DNA of 64,000 nucleotides from Eledone cirrhosa (GCA_964016885.1 OZ024740.1:258478001-258542000), one strand, 5' to 3'. Shown: positions 13,185 through 26,359, counted from the stretch's first letter. Program-made: numbers and translations. The notes: a model not told the origin generated them from the letters alone.

Positions 13185-14929
13185 GAAATGGCTTCTACAG
13201 GACTAGAACTGTTTCATTAGGGAGAAATCACCAGGAATATAAATGGTTTTATATGTTTGGGTTATTTAATATATACAAAAGTGTGTTTCAGCATTATATG
13301 CATATTCATATTTACATATACGTGCATATGTGCGCATGAGGTGGTAATATTATTTGCATAACTTTTATTTACATAAAACAAAATATCGTACACAAATATG
13401 TTTGCATATATCTTTGTAAATATTTATATAAATTAATAAAAACAATGAATAAAATCAAAGAACACGTTCCTTATATTAAAAAATTCATCATTTTACGATC
13501 GTTTTACGATCGTTTCTAGGATATATATGTGTGTTGGTATGTATATCATATAGATCTATGTAAAAATATTACAAACTATCGGAGGAAATATACATACCTT
13601 CACATATATATGCTGTCTTAAGAAATGATGAGATTTGTTTATTGAAAAAAACCAACAAACATTTAATATAATAGGTCTGTTTGGGAACAGGTTTGAATTG
13701 ACCAATAGAAAAGTAGTAAGAGGTCAAGTTGATAGAATAGTAGTAGTAGAAATTTGATTTAGGAGTAGAGGAGTGCAGACTTATGTTTTGAATGGAAAGA
13801 ATACTTTGAATGAAAAGAATACTTTGGAGATGAAAAGAGGTCAAGCCGGTGAAGGATACACGAAATGTTGATGTTATTAAAGAATAATGTTAAAAACGAA
13901 GGAAAGTAAAATTTTAGGGTAACGTTATTAGTGAGAAATACCAATCTTATTTAAACCACAAGGAATCTAGATCTATAACAATAAATTAAATTAATTGATA
14001 GGTATACTTATAGGGATAAATTTATATTAATTCATATGGTTGTGATAAATAAGAATTAGATGTTAATAAAGAATGTTGTTAAAAACGAATGAAAAAAATG
14101 TTGGGATAGGGGTATTAGTGAGAAATACCAATCTTATATAAACTACAAGGAATCTCGATTCATAACAGGAAATTAAATTAAATTATATGTATACTTTTAG
14201 GTATTAATTTTAGGAAAAGAGAGCTGCAAGAGGGAAATAAAATTATGAAATTCTCTGTAGTAAAGTACTAATTATAGGTTAAGTAAATTAAAAAAAACTA
14301 ATTATAATAATATGTAAAATATAAGTGCAAGCTGTAATTTAATTAGGTTTATAATATTTGAAGGTTCTTCTAATTCTATGATTGCAAGATATAATTAATT
14401 CTTGTCGCTTATTTAATAGGATATCCTTAGATTTCATTATTTCAAAAAGTTCCTGGGAGCATAATCTACACTTATACCTGTTATTTTGATAAGGGGGGGG
14501 GGGGGCAGCCCTTTTGAGCATACTCCAGGTCAGGTTATAATCGATATTCTTTTTTCTATAATTATTAATTGTTTCAGCCAAGGATGTTGTATTAGCTAAT
14601 GCGGCATTTTTAAAACTATGTTTGTGGGTATTAAATATTACTTTAAATTGATTAAACGTAGCTCCTATATATGAATAAGTGGAGTCCTTAGTGCTAATTT
14701 TACATTTATAGACTATGTTATTAATAAGACAATTTCCCTTTAATGGGCAATTTCTTTTGTTTCTACAGTTACAACCATTCGTGAATATTATATCAGGGGA
14801 GTTAGTCAAATTTGGTGTGGAATTTACTCGACTTGTTATATGTGAAGGAGATGTGGGTTTGTTGCGGTTTATTTTAGTATTATGGTTGGGTTGATGTGTT
14901 GGTGGTATATTCGTGGTTTTTTTACACAT
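13185..14929 (-). mobile_element. 5'-truncated Penelope-like element: GIY-YIG endonuclease, long 3' UTR, terminal hammerhead
   Basis: ORF 14339-14929 with CNCRNKRNCPLKGNCL-NIVY...YIGAT...H...LLNKR; ~189-bp direct repeat in the UTR; flanked by (TA)n. Confidence 0.85.
13193..13237 (-). ncRNA. Type I hammerhead at the PLE 3' end (core CTGGTGA, probably inactive)
   Basis: TTC-CTGGTGA-stem II-GAAAC-AG-TTCTAGTC-CTGTA-GAA; related copies at 49521 and 53022. Confidence 0.55.
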
Positions 14930-15430
14930 CTAGACGTATATATATATATATATACGTCTAGATGTTTCTGCACGCATTCAAGTGAAGATTGAAATCATGA
15001 ATAATTACATGTGAAACCAACGTATTATCTCTCAGCTGTCGTTAACAGGTGTTCGACATTAGCTTTTCTTTCTGAATGCATTTGTAGGTGGGAGGAAAAG
15101 TGAATGTTTGCATGGAGGGGAGGGGGCGCTGTTTAGGATGGAGGTTCGATTGAGTGATGGAATTGAATGAGGTGGAACGTGTGCGATTGATAAAATGTAA
15201 TAGATTAGTAATGGTGTAACCGTACGTAAACGTGTAGCAATGAATAAAGGGGAGTTTTGGTTATAATTCCATAAGTGTGTATGTCTGTCTGTCTGTCTGT
15301 CTGTATGAATGTATGTATGTATGTAAGAATGCATGTATGTATGTAACTATGTATGTATGTATGTAAGAATGTATGTATGTAAGAATGTATGTATGTAGGT
15401 AAGAATTTATGTTTGTATATATATATGTAA

Positions 15431-15466
<36 letters not shown>

Positions 15467-16413
15467 ATGCATGTAGGAATATGTATGTTTGTATGTATTT
15501 AGATAGAGTTTGTCATTTGTGGAGCTATGAATTGAATATGTGTGACGGTGTTTAACTTATAAGGAAAATATATACATGTAACATCAATACATGTTGATCT
15601 GTCATCCTATGAGTTCGTATCTCGAGAATTGTAATGCTATGGCCTCATTTCTAATCAGGAAAAGCAGGGTGAAGTGAGATGTCTTAATCAATTTCATGAC
15701 CTATCGCCACCCACCGCCCCCCAAACAGCTCATCCTGTTCATGAAACGAACCCAGGACAGTATGGTTATGAATCAACCTAACCACTATACCCCGTGGCTT
15801 TACAGACACTAGCAGAAAAACCACCTTAAGTGTGGTTTTCTGCTAGCATGTGTAGTGTGCATATTGATAGTATACGCAGGTATATATACATGTAGATATA
15901 ATACATCAAATAAAATCGTAATTGACAATATACAAAGAAATTGAACGAAGACTGCGTTACACTGTCTTATGTAATCAGTAACGTAATCCATGATACATTA
16001 AAAAAAGACGAGATTTTATATAAACTGCATTAGGAGAAAATTAGTGACGGAAATATATGAATGTTTATTTAAGCGATCGCTAACCGGAAGTGTTGGCATT
16101 TGAACATTTTAAAGAAGTGAATCTTTAAATAAGCAATAAAATATATTTAATCAAAAGCTACGAAATTTAGCAGAAAATTTATGTAATATTCATTCATTAT
16201 TTATTCAAAGTAATCCAACTTATTTTACAAACAGGATAAAAAATTATATTCTGGATGCAGTCCCGCACTCCTTTCTTTATTATAGTTAAGATTTACCTGG
16301 TATATTGATAATGAATATTTAAATTTATAAGGCAAGAATACTCTCGTGCTTGTTTTGTCTTTTTCTTTGGTCTGGTTTTTCTTTTAATTTTTTTATTGTT
16401 TTTGGTAATAAAT

Positions 16414-16740
16414 GCTTCTTCTTCTTCTTCTTCTTCTTCTTCTTCTTCTTCTTCTTCTTCTTCTTCTTCTTCTTCTTCTTCTTCTTCTTCTTCTTCTTCT
16501 TCTTCCAGAAGGTCCTGTCAGAAGCAACCCTCTCCAATTGATCCGGCTAGATCACCAAGCGAGACCAGCAGAGCTCATGGTTGTTAACCAACCATCTTCT
16601 GGGGTCTATCTTGGGTCTCCTGTCGGTTGGTTTTGCCAATAAAATCTGTCCAGAGATTCTTTCCTGAGACATTACAACCACATGCACATAGTATCGGAGC
16701 TATGATCTCTCAATTTAGTGAAGTAGCCGCTCTAACCTTT
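16414..16740 (-). mobile_element. RTE LINE 3' fragment with (GAA)n tract
   Basis: Homologous to 6995-7110 and 51760-51905; abuts (CTT)n at 16414-16505. Confidence 0.7.
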
Positions 16741-17626
16741 GTAAGGAACGCAAGTATAGAAAATTAGTTAAGATTGTTTCTCAAAAATACAGACATAGAA
16801 TGGACTTCAGTCGCTATCGGTAATGAAGCTTTCAGTTGTTAGTTAATATTAACATTTAAGTGACTGAGCATTCCACAGACACGTGGAACATGAATGTTGC
16901 TTTCTGGGAGATTCAGCGTTACGAACTCATTTTTCCCCAACGGAATATATTAGAGAAATTTAAAATAAAGTGTCTTGCTCAAAAGCAAAATGAATTCTGC
17001 TGGGTATCGAACACAAAACCTTATTATCATGAGGCAAACGCCTCATCCACTACGATGTGCCCCTTCACACATGCACGCACACAAACAGGCACATACAAAC
17101 AAAAAGGCGATAATTGATAAAAATGTGAAAATTAAATATCATTATTACCGGAGTACATATCTATATGTACATATTTATGATTTATGTATGGATGTATAAG
17201 TATCTATATCTAAATGTATATATTCATGTATGAATATATATATATGTATAAAGAGAGGGAGATTGAGAGAGAGAGAGAGAGTGACGGAGAGAGAGAGAGA
17301 GTCTCTCGAGGAAACCACTAAGCATGGAAGTACTCAATGCATAGGGATATGCAGTGTAGGTATAGAGATATGCAAAATCCCGACCGCGGCGCCAAGCAGT
17401 CGGATTTTATATATATATATATATATATACATATGAGTGTATGTGTGTGTGTGTATGTGTGTGAGTGTGAGTGTGTGCGTGTGCTTGTGTGTGTTTGTAT
17501 CCGTTTGGGAAGGTGTACGGTCCACGTTCATTTTACCGAATTTGAAGGGTGTGGCACGGTTGGTTTAAAAGTAGACATGAGCAGGTTGGCGTTCAGTGGA
17601 CAGACTGGAGTATTAACGTTCTTATT

Positions 17627-17689
<63 letters not shown>

Positions 17690-18039
17690 ACACAGTGTAC
17701 ATATATATGTATGTATTTATGTATAAACATATAGGAATCCCTATCTCTGTATATCTTTCAATCAGGAAACTACAACAGAAGTAATCGCTTGTCTTGCTGT
17801 AGGCCAGGAAACGCTGTGAGAGAAGAATAAGAGTTACTTAAACTTCATAACTCTTATACGATGACCACATTCCACAATAATGTATAAACAGTTTGAAGAA
17901 ATCAAAGAAATTACGGCGTCTTTTTCTACCTAGACTGGTGCCATCTGGTGTCAAATTATATTCTTTCAGTATTATCTCGTGTATATATATATAGTGGGTG
18001 GTAAGAAACTCTCAGGAGAGCTTGATAGCAGAAACCCCA

Positions 18040-18145
<106 letters not shown>

Positions 18146-18305
18146 TTCATAGATACCCACTACAACACACAGATATACATATGTACAAATATATATGTGT
18201 GTGTGTGAGAGAGAGAGTGTCTACACCCATATATACATACACATATATATTTACATACATATATTCATATATATATATATATACATATATTCATATATAT
18301 ATATA

Positions 18306-18395
<90 letters not shown>

Positions 18396-18763
18396 TATAT
18401 ATATATATGCATCCTTTTGTGCCCACGTACGTATGTATGTTTAAGTATTGTGTCTGGGTGATCCCAGAATAACAGTGTTTACTAAACATGACAGTCAGCA
18501 ATTCTAACCCATATAGTAAATATTTTGAAAATTGGACAATAATGACTTATCCTGTGTACATTTAACGGAATATATCGAAGTGATTAGGAGACGTTTTGAC
18601 ATATATGCCTTACTCGAAGGAAATATTGATGATATGCCTGTATGGGTAGAAGTTTGATTCATACCCATATGGTCTCGAGTTCTGTCTACATCTGGGCAAG
18701 TGACTTATGCTAGAGCTGCGGTTTGACCAATATATATACATATCTATATATCTGTGTGTGTGC

Positions 18764-18849
<86 letters not shown>

Positions 18850-18850
<1 letters not shown>

Positions 18851-19273
18851 GGAAAAATTTGAACAGGGACAAAACAGAGAGGCAGTACAATAAATGTTTA
18901 TTAATTTCACGCTCAGGAGAGTGGGGGTAGGTGGGGGACGACGTTTCGGGCATAAGCCCTTCCTCAGGTGAGAAGTGTGTGGGAACAGAGTTCAAAGGGT
19001 GTGTAGGGGATTGGTGGAGAGACATATAGCGAAAGGAAACGGTGCGAATGAAAAATTAACAAATAAAGATAAAAAATAAAAATAAAGCATGATCAAAATA
19101 CAAGGAATGAGAAAATTTAAATATAAAAGCATGATCAAAATAAACTGAATTTAAAAGGGGGGTAAAACAGGTGGTGTAAGGGTGTGGGGTGTGTAGGGGT
19201 GGTGGCGGGTGGAGTGGGGAGAGGGAGACGGGGTGTCCGAGCGGGGAGAGCTGAAGGTGGTGTGTGTGTGTAG

Positions 19274-19314
<41 letters not shown>

Positions 19315-20520
19315 TGTGTGTGTGCGTGTATGTGAAAGTAAGAGGTGTGTGTGGGGGGTTTGTGGGTCGGAGTGTCTGTGCGTGTGTGGATAGAGGGGTG
19401 GGTGGAGAGGAATCAGGAGGCTGAGGGTGTAAATATGTGGTGGAAAGCACGTGTGTGGGGGGTTTAAGCGTGTTGTGGGTGTAGGCGGCGTGTGGAGAAA
19501 AAATGTTTTGGGGGTGTGTGGGTGAGTTATATAGGTGATTACGTAAGAGGATGGTTGAAAAGTAGGTAAATTCCAAAGATGTTTAGTGGATTCTGTGTTG
19601 GTCAATTTCTGCGTGTGGGTATTCCATGAAGCGATGGTCGGAAGAGGAGAGATGTGGGGTGCGCGCGCATCAGGAAGTGGTCAAGCAGTGGGAGTGCTGT
19701 GTGTCTGTTTGTGCTGGGAGGTGGTCAGAGGGCATAGCAGCAGTCGGTGGAATGGTAAAGGGGCGAGGATGGGTAGGTGTGAAAGTTGGAGTGAGGAGGG
19801 TGTGTGTGTGTGTATTAGTAGAGGTGTTAGTGGGATGAGTGAGTGTGGAGCGAGGGTGTGGGTGGAGCGGGGAGAGAAGGGTGTGTGTGGTTCTATGGAG
19901 GGAGTGTGGTGTACTGGTGTGTGTGTAGTTTGATGAAGAGGTGTTAGTGGGTGTTAGTATACAGGAGGTGGGGAGGGGTTGAATGCAGGTGTGAGTGGGG
20001 GTTAGTGGTGGTAGGGTGTGTAGAGTTGGTGGTGTACGAGGGTGTGTGGGTACGTGTGCGTGGGGTTGGGGGTGTTAGTGATGTTAGTTGCGTGTGGGGT
20101 GGGTGGTGTAAGTGGGTGCGTGTGTTCGTGTGCTTGGGGTTAGGGAGTGTTAGTGAGGTTAGTTGCGGGGTAGTGGGATGGAGGTGTGGGGGTGAGAGGT
20201 GTGGGGGTGAGGGTTAGAGGTGGTAGTAGGATGTGTGTTTAGTGTGAGCGCGTGTATATATGTGCCGGTGGGTGTGTGCGTGTTATAAGGAGGGGGAGAA
20301 GGAGAAGAAGGGAGGGATGTTAGTATGTTAGTTGGGGAAGGGTGGTCAGATGAGGGGTGGAGTGGAGGTGTTAGTATTGTTAGTTGTGGGGTGGGCGGTG
20401 AAAAGGAGGAGTGTATTAGTGGTGTTAGTGGGGGATAAGTGGGGGGGGGGCGGTCGAAAGCTAAAGGAATAAGGGTGGGGAGTTCAGGCCGGGGGGATTG
20501 GCGGGCGTTCCGTGGCACTA
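18850..20520 (-). mobile_element. Probable PLE 3' UTR / pseudo-LTR (C/A-rich on the minus strand)
   Basis: TA-flanked, strongly strand-biased low-complexity segment with a PLE-type hammerhead ~90 nt from its 3' end. Confidence 0.55.
18936..18972 (-). ncRNA. Minimal PLE-type hammerhead
   Basis: AC-CTGAGGA-A-GGGC-TTAT-GCCC-GAAAC-GTC-GT; palindromic ACGT stem III. Confidence 0.75.
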
Positions 20521-20523
20521 TAC

Positions 20524-20584
<61 letters not shown>

Positions 20585-20585
20585 C

Positions 20586-20657
<72 letters not shown>

Positions 20658-20681
20658 GTATATATATATATATAAATATAC

Positions 20682-20741
<60 letters not shown>

Positions 20742-20892
20742 GCAGTATTTTCCGTTGTGTTGTAATGTAAATATTACACACAGTAGATTATCAGCTCACG
20801 TAGAGTTTGCTCGACGGTTCCAGTTGTAGTTCCAAAAGTAATCCGGAGAAAAATAGAAAGATTTGAATGGATACAGTTTAGTTGAAAGGAAT

Positions 20893-21009
20893 TTATTGAC
20901 ACGTGTTTCTATAACAGTTACATAACCTAAAATAGCTATCTACAAACTTTTAGTTATGCAGACATTCAATATTTCAATGTTATTATTTACTGTCATTTCA
21001 TCAGAATAA
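20893..21009 (-). ncRNA. Hammerhead with extended stem II (mirror of 24911-25027)
   Basis: Reverse complement of the 24911-25027 motif. Confidence 0.7.
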
Positions 21010-21599
21010 TATTACTGAGGACCTATTTAGTTTTTATAGAGAATATTAGGAGGAAGGGGTGAAGTTGTTAGAAGAATAGTTGAAGGAGTGGTTTTTCGAT
21101 AGCAGTGAGAATTCTTGGTGGCAGTGAGTAATTAGATTCCCATCTGTTGTTTTGACATTTTTTATAGAATATATTATTGGTTATTTTTCTAAATCTATAG
21201 AAGGATTAGAGATAGTAAAGATATGCGTGGTTGGTTTTGTGTTTGCACTTAACATTCAGACTTAAATTTTTCTTTCAAGTGTACGTATTCTTTCACCCAC
21301 GCATTCACACACAAATATATTTGCACACCTCTACAAAATACATATACTCACAATTCACATATTCATACTTACATATATATACACATGCATACACATATAT
21401 ATACACACATGTATTCATGTACATACATACGCGCTCATGTGTATACATTTTCATACTCAACTTATCTTTATATATACACACGTATAGACACACACATATA
21501 TACATACATACTCTAGTCCATGTGTACACACATACACATACATACACATCCATATACACATACATACATACACATATATATATACATATATACATATAC

Positions 21600-21630
<31 letters not shown>

Positions 21631-21653
21631 CACATACATATATACACACATAT

Positions 21654-21686
<33 letters not shown>

Positions 21687-21955
21687 AGCACTTTAATACA
21701 TGAATACACTTACATCTAACTATACACATCAAACATATATATATATTTACTTATTTATATACATTTTCACATATATATACATACTTATGGACGTTTTTAG
21801 ACACATTCATTATCGCATATTTGTACCTATTCTCATCAGCATATCTTTTCATTATTAGTATGGTAATTTAAGGTTATTAATATATGTTGAGAAGAGATTG
21901 TTTTTATATTTTTCTAACTAGATTAAGGTTTATATAGTTGGGGGATGTCCCTCTT

Positions 21956-22400
21956 TTATGTAATATTCGGCTTGTAGTGGGAAAAAAGGGTTTTAGTTCT
22001 GTGACGGCAGAATAATGTTCGTTCAATTCTGTTATTCAGCAGTTTCTTCTTGTGTGTGATTATGTAATAAATCTCAAGATTACACAATTTGCAGAAATTT
22101 TGGCTCCTGGAAAAGCTTTGGGTTTTAGCTAATTTTTCCCATTTTAGGGTAAACTTTTGATTGCTATCCCTGAGCGTCCAAGCTTTCTCTGCTAAAGTTG
22201 TTACATTTCTTTGGCTCTGGTGTTTTATTGAGTAAGAATGCCTATACAATCGAGATTTAAACGATGTTGCCGTTGATCCCACGTAATACCACTCGTTGCC
22301 TCCGGATTTAATGGTACACTTATAAATAATATTTTTTTCCAGGCAGTTATTGCCGAGGGGGCAGTTGTCAGGATAGGTGCAGTTACAGTTGTGTACGTTG
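21956..22400 (-). pseudogene. PLE GIY-YIG endonuclease, out of frame with the RT
   Basis: CNCTYPDNCPLGNNCLEKNIIY...YVGSTATSFKSRLYRH...CKLCNLE...LLNNR. Confidence 0.85.
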
Positions 22401-22442
22401 GGTTTTCTCTGGAGTAGTATTGCGGACGAACTTAGGTGTGGT

Positions 22443-23894
22443 TTATTTATGTTCTGTAGTGTATTGTCTACTGTTTTTTGGGGGGTTCTTTGTACTTAAG
22501 TTCTTAGTGTTTTCGTTTAACCTTCTAGTATTGATCTTTTTTATGTGTTGTTCAAGGTTTAACGCTGTAGAGTATGACAGTCTTATAGTGGTAGGGTTTA
22601 GGATTTTGTGGTATTTGTGTGATGTGGGAAAATGTCTTTTAATTATTTTAAAGAAGAGTACTGGTAAATTTGTACTAATGGAGCTATTGTATTCGGGGTT
22701 ATACCATAAGTACTCTTTGCATCGCTTTCTATTAGTTTTGTTTGTTGGTTTACTGGTGTGCATACTATGGTAGTAAGTGTGGTTTGGTGTTGTGTTATTA
22801 TATCTACCTATGTGGGATTTATTTTGGGTGTTTTGATTGTTCCCATCTATGTACTCTATTTTGTTGAGGTAGCCTGCTTTACTAAGGGCGTTATCGTAGT
22901 ACTCGGCGTGTTCCTTAAATACTTGTATGTTAGAAGATAGACCCGAGATTCTAAGGGAAATATTTTTAGGGATAGATTTAATTATAGAGATGGGGTGGTT
23001 AGACCCAACATTTACGTATTTGAGATTTTCATTCAATTTATGAAACGGTTTAATCAAACCAGAGTTTAAATTGAGTGTGACATCCAGGAAGTTAACTACT
23101 TTAAGGTTGTATTCATATGTTATAGTTAGTCCTATTTCGAGTAGTAGTTTTCTTATATCTTTGCGTAGTTTTTCTAGTTTTTGGTTATTAAGGTTTTTAG
23201 CTAGGAGGAGAACATCGTCGCGGTATATTCCGCCGTGGAGATTGCTGAATTTTTCCTGGAGTCTAAAGGCGATAAATAACCCCACAATATCAGTTATTTC
23301 CGCCGAATCGTTAGAGCCCATTGTTATGTCAAAGTTAGAGGGTCTATCTTTACGTACCCAATAACTGTTCTCAAATTTGACTATAGTTTTCCTAGCTTCT
23401 AATATAATCTTAATTTCATCGTTTGTAAGGTCGGAGTTATCCTTAGCAAACTTAATGGCTCTATTCAAAGTTTCAGGTGATATCGATGAGTAATATTCAT
23501 CGATATCAAACTGGATAAACTTAGATTTATTCTTATTGCTAATGCTATTAAACCATCTTATTGCTTCTTGGGTCTTCCCCCAGAGTTTAATGTTAACCTT
23601 AGCCTTAATTTGGGGGATGATTCTATCTAAGATATATTTGCTTATTTTACCTATATCTGATTTAGAGGGGCAGATTAATCTAATTTTAGGGTCATTATCA
23701 AAGTTTACCTTGTGGTCCTTAAGATTGAAAGTGGGTACCGCCGGTAAGAGTGGTCCTGTCCTATCTTCGATTCCGAGATTTTTCACTATTTCGCATGCCT
23801 CATCATTGATGTGCTTAAGGGTTACTTCACTCGTTTTTCTATATTTTTTATGTAATTCTTTTCGAATGAAGTTGTTGTATGTAGTGCAATCCAT
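22443..23894 (-). CDS. PLE reverse transcriptase (5'-truncated, 483 aa open)
   Basis: Motifs QFDIDEYYSSI, DITMGSNDSAE, IYRDD, VNFLDV, SNHP. Confidence 0.88.
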   Translation of the reverse strand: MDCTTYNNFIRKELHKKYRKTSEVTLKHINDEACEIVKNLGIEDRTGPLLPAVPTFNLKDHKVNFDNDPKIRLICPSKSDIGKISKYILDRIIPQIKAKVNIKLWGKTQEAIRWFNSISNKNKSKFIQFDIDEYYSSISPETLNRAIKFAKDNSDLTNDEIKIILEARKTIVKFENSYWVRKDRPSNFDITMGSNDSAEITDIVGLFIAFRLQEKFSNLHGGIYRDDVLLLAKNLNNQKLEKLRKDIRKLLLEIGLTITYEYNLKVVNFLDVTLNLNSGLIKPFHKLNENLKYVNVGSNHPISIIKSIPKNISLRISGLSSNIQVFKEHAEYYDNALSKAGYLNKIEYIDGNNQNTQNKSHIGRYNNTTPNHTYYHSMHTSKPTNKTNRKRCKEYLWYNPEYNSSISTNLPVLFFKIIKRHFPTSHKYHKILNPTTIRLSYSTALNLEQHIKKINTRRLNENTKNLSTKNPPKNSRQYTTEHK

Positions 23895-24289
23895 AGTGTA
23901 CAGGTTTGATGTTCTGCCGTCACAGAACTAAAACCCTTTTTTCCCACTACAAGCCGAATATTACATAAAAGAGGGACATCCCCCAACTATATAAACCTTA
24001 ATCTAGTTAGAAAAATATATAAACAATCTCTTCTCAACATATATTAATAACCTTAAATTACCATACTAATAATGAAAAGATATGCTGATGAGAATAGGTA
24101 CAAATATGCGATAATGAATGTGTCTAAAAACGTCCATAAGTATGTATATATATGTGAAAATGTATATAAATAAGTAAATATATATATATGTTTGATGTGT
24201 ATAGTTAGATGTAAGTGTATTCATGTATTAAAGTGCTTATATATATATATATATGTGTGTGTGTGTATATGTGTGTATATATGTATGTG

Positions 24290-24320
<31 letters not shown>

Positions 24321-24910
24321 GTATATGTATATATGTATATATATATGTGTATGTATGTATGTGTATATGGATGTGTATGTATGTGTATGTGTGTACACAT
24401 GGACTAGAGTATGTATGTATATATGTGTGTGTCTATACGTGTGTATATATAAAGATAAGTTGAGTATGAAAATGTATACACATGAGCGCGTATGTATGTA
24501 CATGAATACATGTGTGTATATATATGTGTATGCATGTGTATATATATGTAAGTATGAATATGTGAATTGTGAGTATATGTATTTTGTAGAGGTGTGCAAA
24601 TATATTTGTGTGTGAATGCGTGGGTGAAAGAATACGTACACTTGAAAGAAAAATTTAAGTCTGAATGTTAAGTGCAAACACAAAACCAACCACGCATATC
24701 TTTACTATCTCTAATCCTTCTATAGATTTAGAAAAATAACCAATAATATATTCTATAAAAAATGTCAAAACAACAGATGGGAATCTAATTACTCACTACC
24801 ACCAAGAATTCTCACTGCTATCGAAAAACCACTCCTTCAACTATTCTTCTAACAACTTCACCCCTTCCTCCTAATATTCTCTATAAAAACTAAATAGGTC
24901 CTCAGTAATA

Positions 24911-25027
24911 TTATTCTGATGAAATGACAGTAAATAATAACATTGAAATATTGAATGTCTGCATAACTAAAAGTTTGTAGATAGCTATTTTAGGTTATGT
25001 AACTGTTATAGAAACACGTGTCAATAA
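24911..25027 (+). ncRNA. Type I hammerhead with branched extended stem II
   Basis: TTATT-CTGATGA-a-ATGACAGT...ACTGTTAT-a-GAAAC-ACGT-GTC-AATAA. Confidence 0.7.
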
Positions 25028-25064
25028 ATTCCTTTCAACTAAACTGTATCCATTCAAATCTTTC

Positions 25065-25136
<72 letters not shown>

Positions 25137-26037
25137 CATATATATATATACATATATATATATATGTATATATATATATATGTATATATATATAGATATA
25201 TATATAATATTGATAATAATAATATTATCATTAAATTGAGTAATAAAACACTTTAGCAGATGTTTAAAAGCTCAATGCAATGAGGTTCACATTGAACTGA
25301 GCTTTTAAACATCTGCTAAATTAACACATGTTTCCGCCGACGTAAACTTCAGCCCGGGGTCATAGAGTTACACTTCAAAACCTCAAAAATTAAAAATGTT
25401 TAAATAAAAAAAAAAAAATCTAATTCACTAAAAAAATTTATTAAAAATTTCTTTATGGTTTCATACCTTCAGAAGTTGTTGTCAGGCCGAAATCCTCATA
25501 GTTTACTTTAGCATATCGATATTTCACATATGTTCTTAATTCATATGTCAATCACAACAATGACAACAATGGCAGTTACAAAAGAAGATACGAGATTTCG
25601 AGAAATCGCCAACAACAATAGATTTTCTTCACTAGAAAGACTACAGGGCGTCCCTAAAAATTTTTTTCAAATAAGCTTTTTCAAGAGCAATAGCGAGACA
25701 TTAACTTCAAAAGTCAGTTTAAGGATATTTCGATTGTAGTGTTTGTGTAGTTATGTTATGTTTTGTGAGAGATTTTCAAACGTATAGTCATAATTAAATG
25801 GAGTTTTACATTAATGAAATCCTAGGAATAGACTTTAACAAAAATTATAGACATTGTCAAAGAATTAGTTTTAGTGATATCAAATTTTATTTGTAGTTGG
25901 AATCGATCCTGGTTTAGATTTAAATGTTACTACTGTTCTGGAATAGGAAACACACGTGTTCATTTATTTACCGCTGATTATACGTTAACTTCCTTATTGA
26001 CGTTAGCCCATTAATATTACTCAAGTTCATTATTAAT

Positions 26038-26227
26038 GGCGGTGGATTGGCAGTACCGGTAGAGGGTCGAACGCCATGCTTTGACGCATAGAGTTACGGC
26101 CCTTGCCATTCTGAGTCCAAATCCCGCCGAGGTTAACTTTGCCTTTCATTCTTACGGGGTCGATAAAATAAAGTACCAGTAATACACTGGGTAATTGTTG
26201 GCCTTGTGCCAAAAGTAGAAACAATTA
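26038..26227 (+). mobile_element. tRNA-derived SINE with Meta/MESC-like central domain
   Basis: GGCGGTGGATTGGCAGTA head, GAGTCCAAATCCC B box, GCCTTTCATTCTTACGGGGTCGATAAAATAAAGTACC; multicopy in the window. Confidence 0.85.
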
Positions 26228-26359
26228 GTAAGGGATTTAGTAAGTAAGATTTATTTATTACAGATTTTACAAAGTTACAATTTATAATTTTATTGGTTTA
26301 ATTTCTATGTTTATTAAGCTTACAGAATTGAATGCTCACGTTATTATTTACTGCAGAAA

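Larger units (their letters stand above)
20745..25067 (-). mobile_element. Penelope-like element with inverted pseudo-LTR
   Basis: RT and C-terminal GIY-YIG on the minus strand; 20853-22012 is repeated in inverted orientation at 23912-25067; (TA)n on both sides. Confidence 0.92.

Noticed and set aside
25643-25800. Tc1-like TIR (TACAGGGCGTCCC)
   Set aside because: No matching opposite TIR or transposase found.
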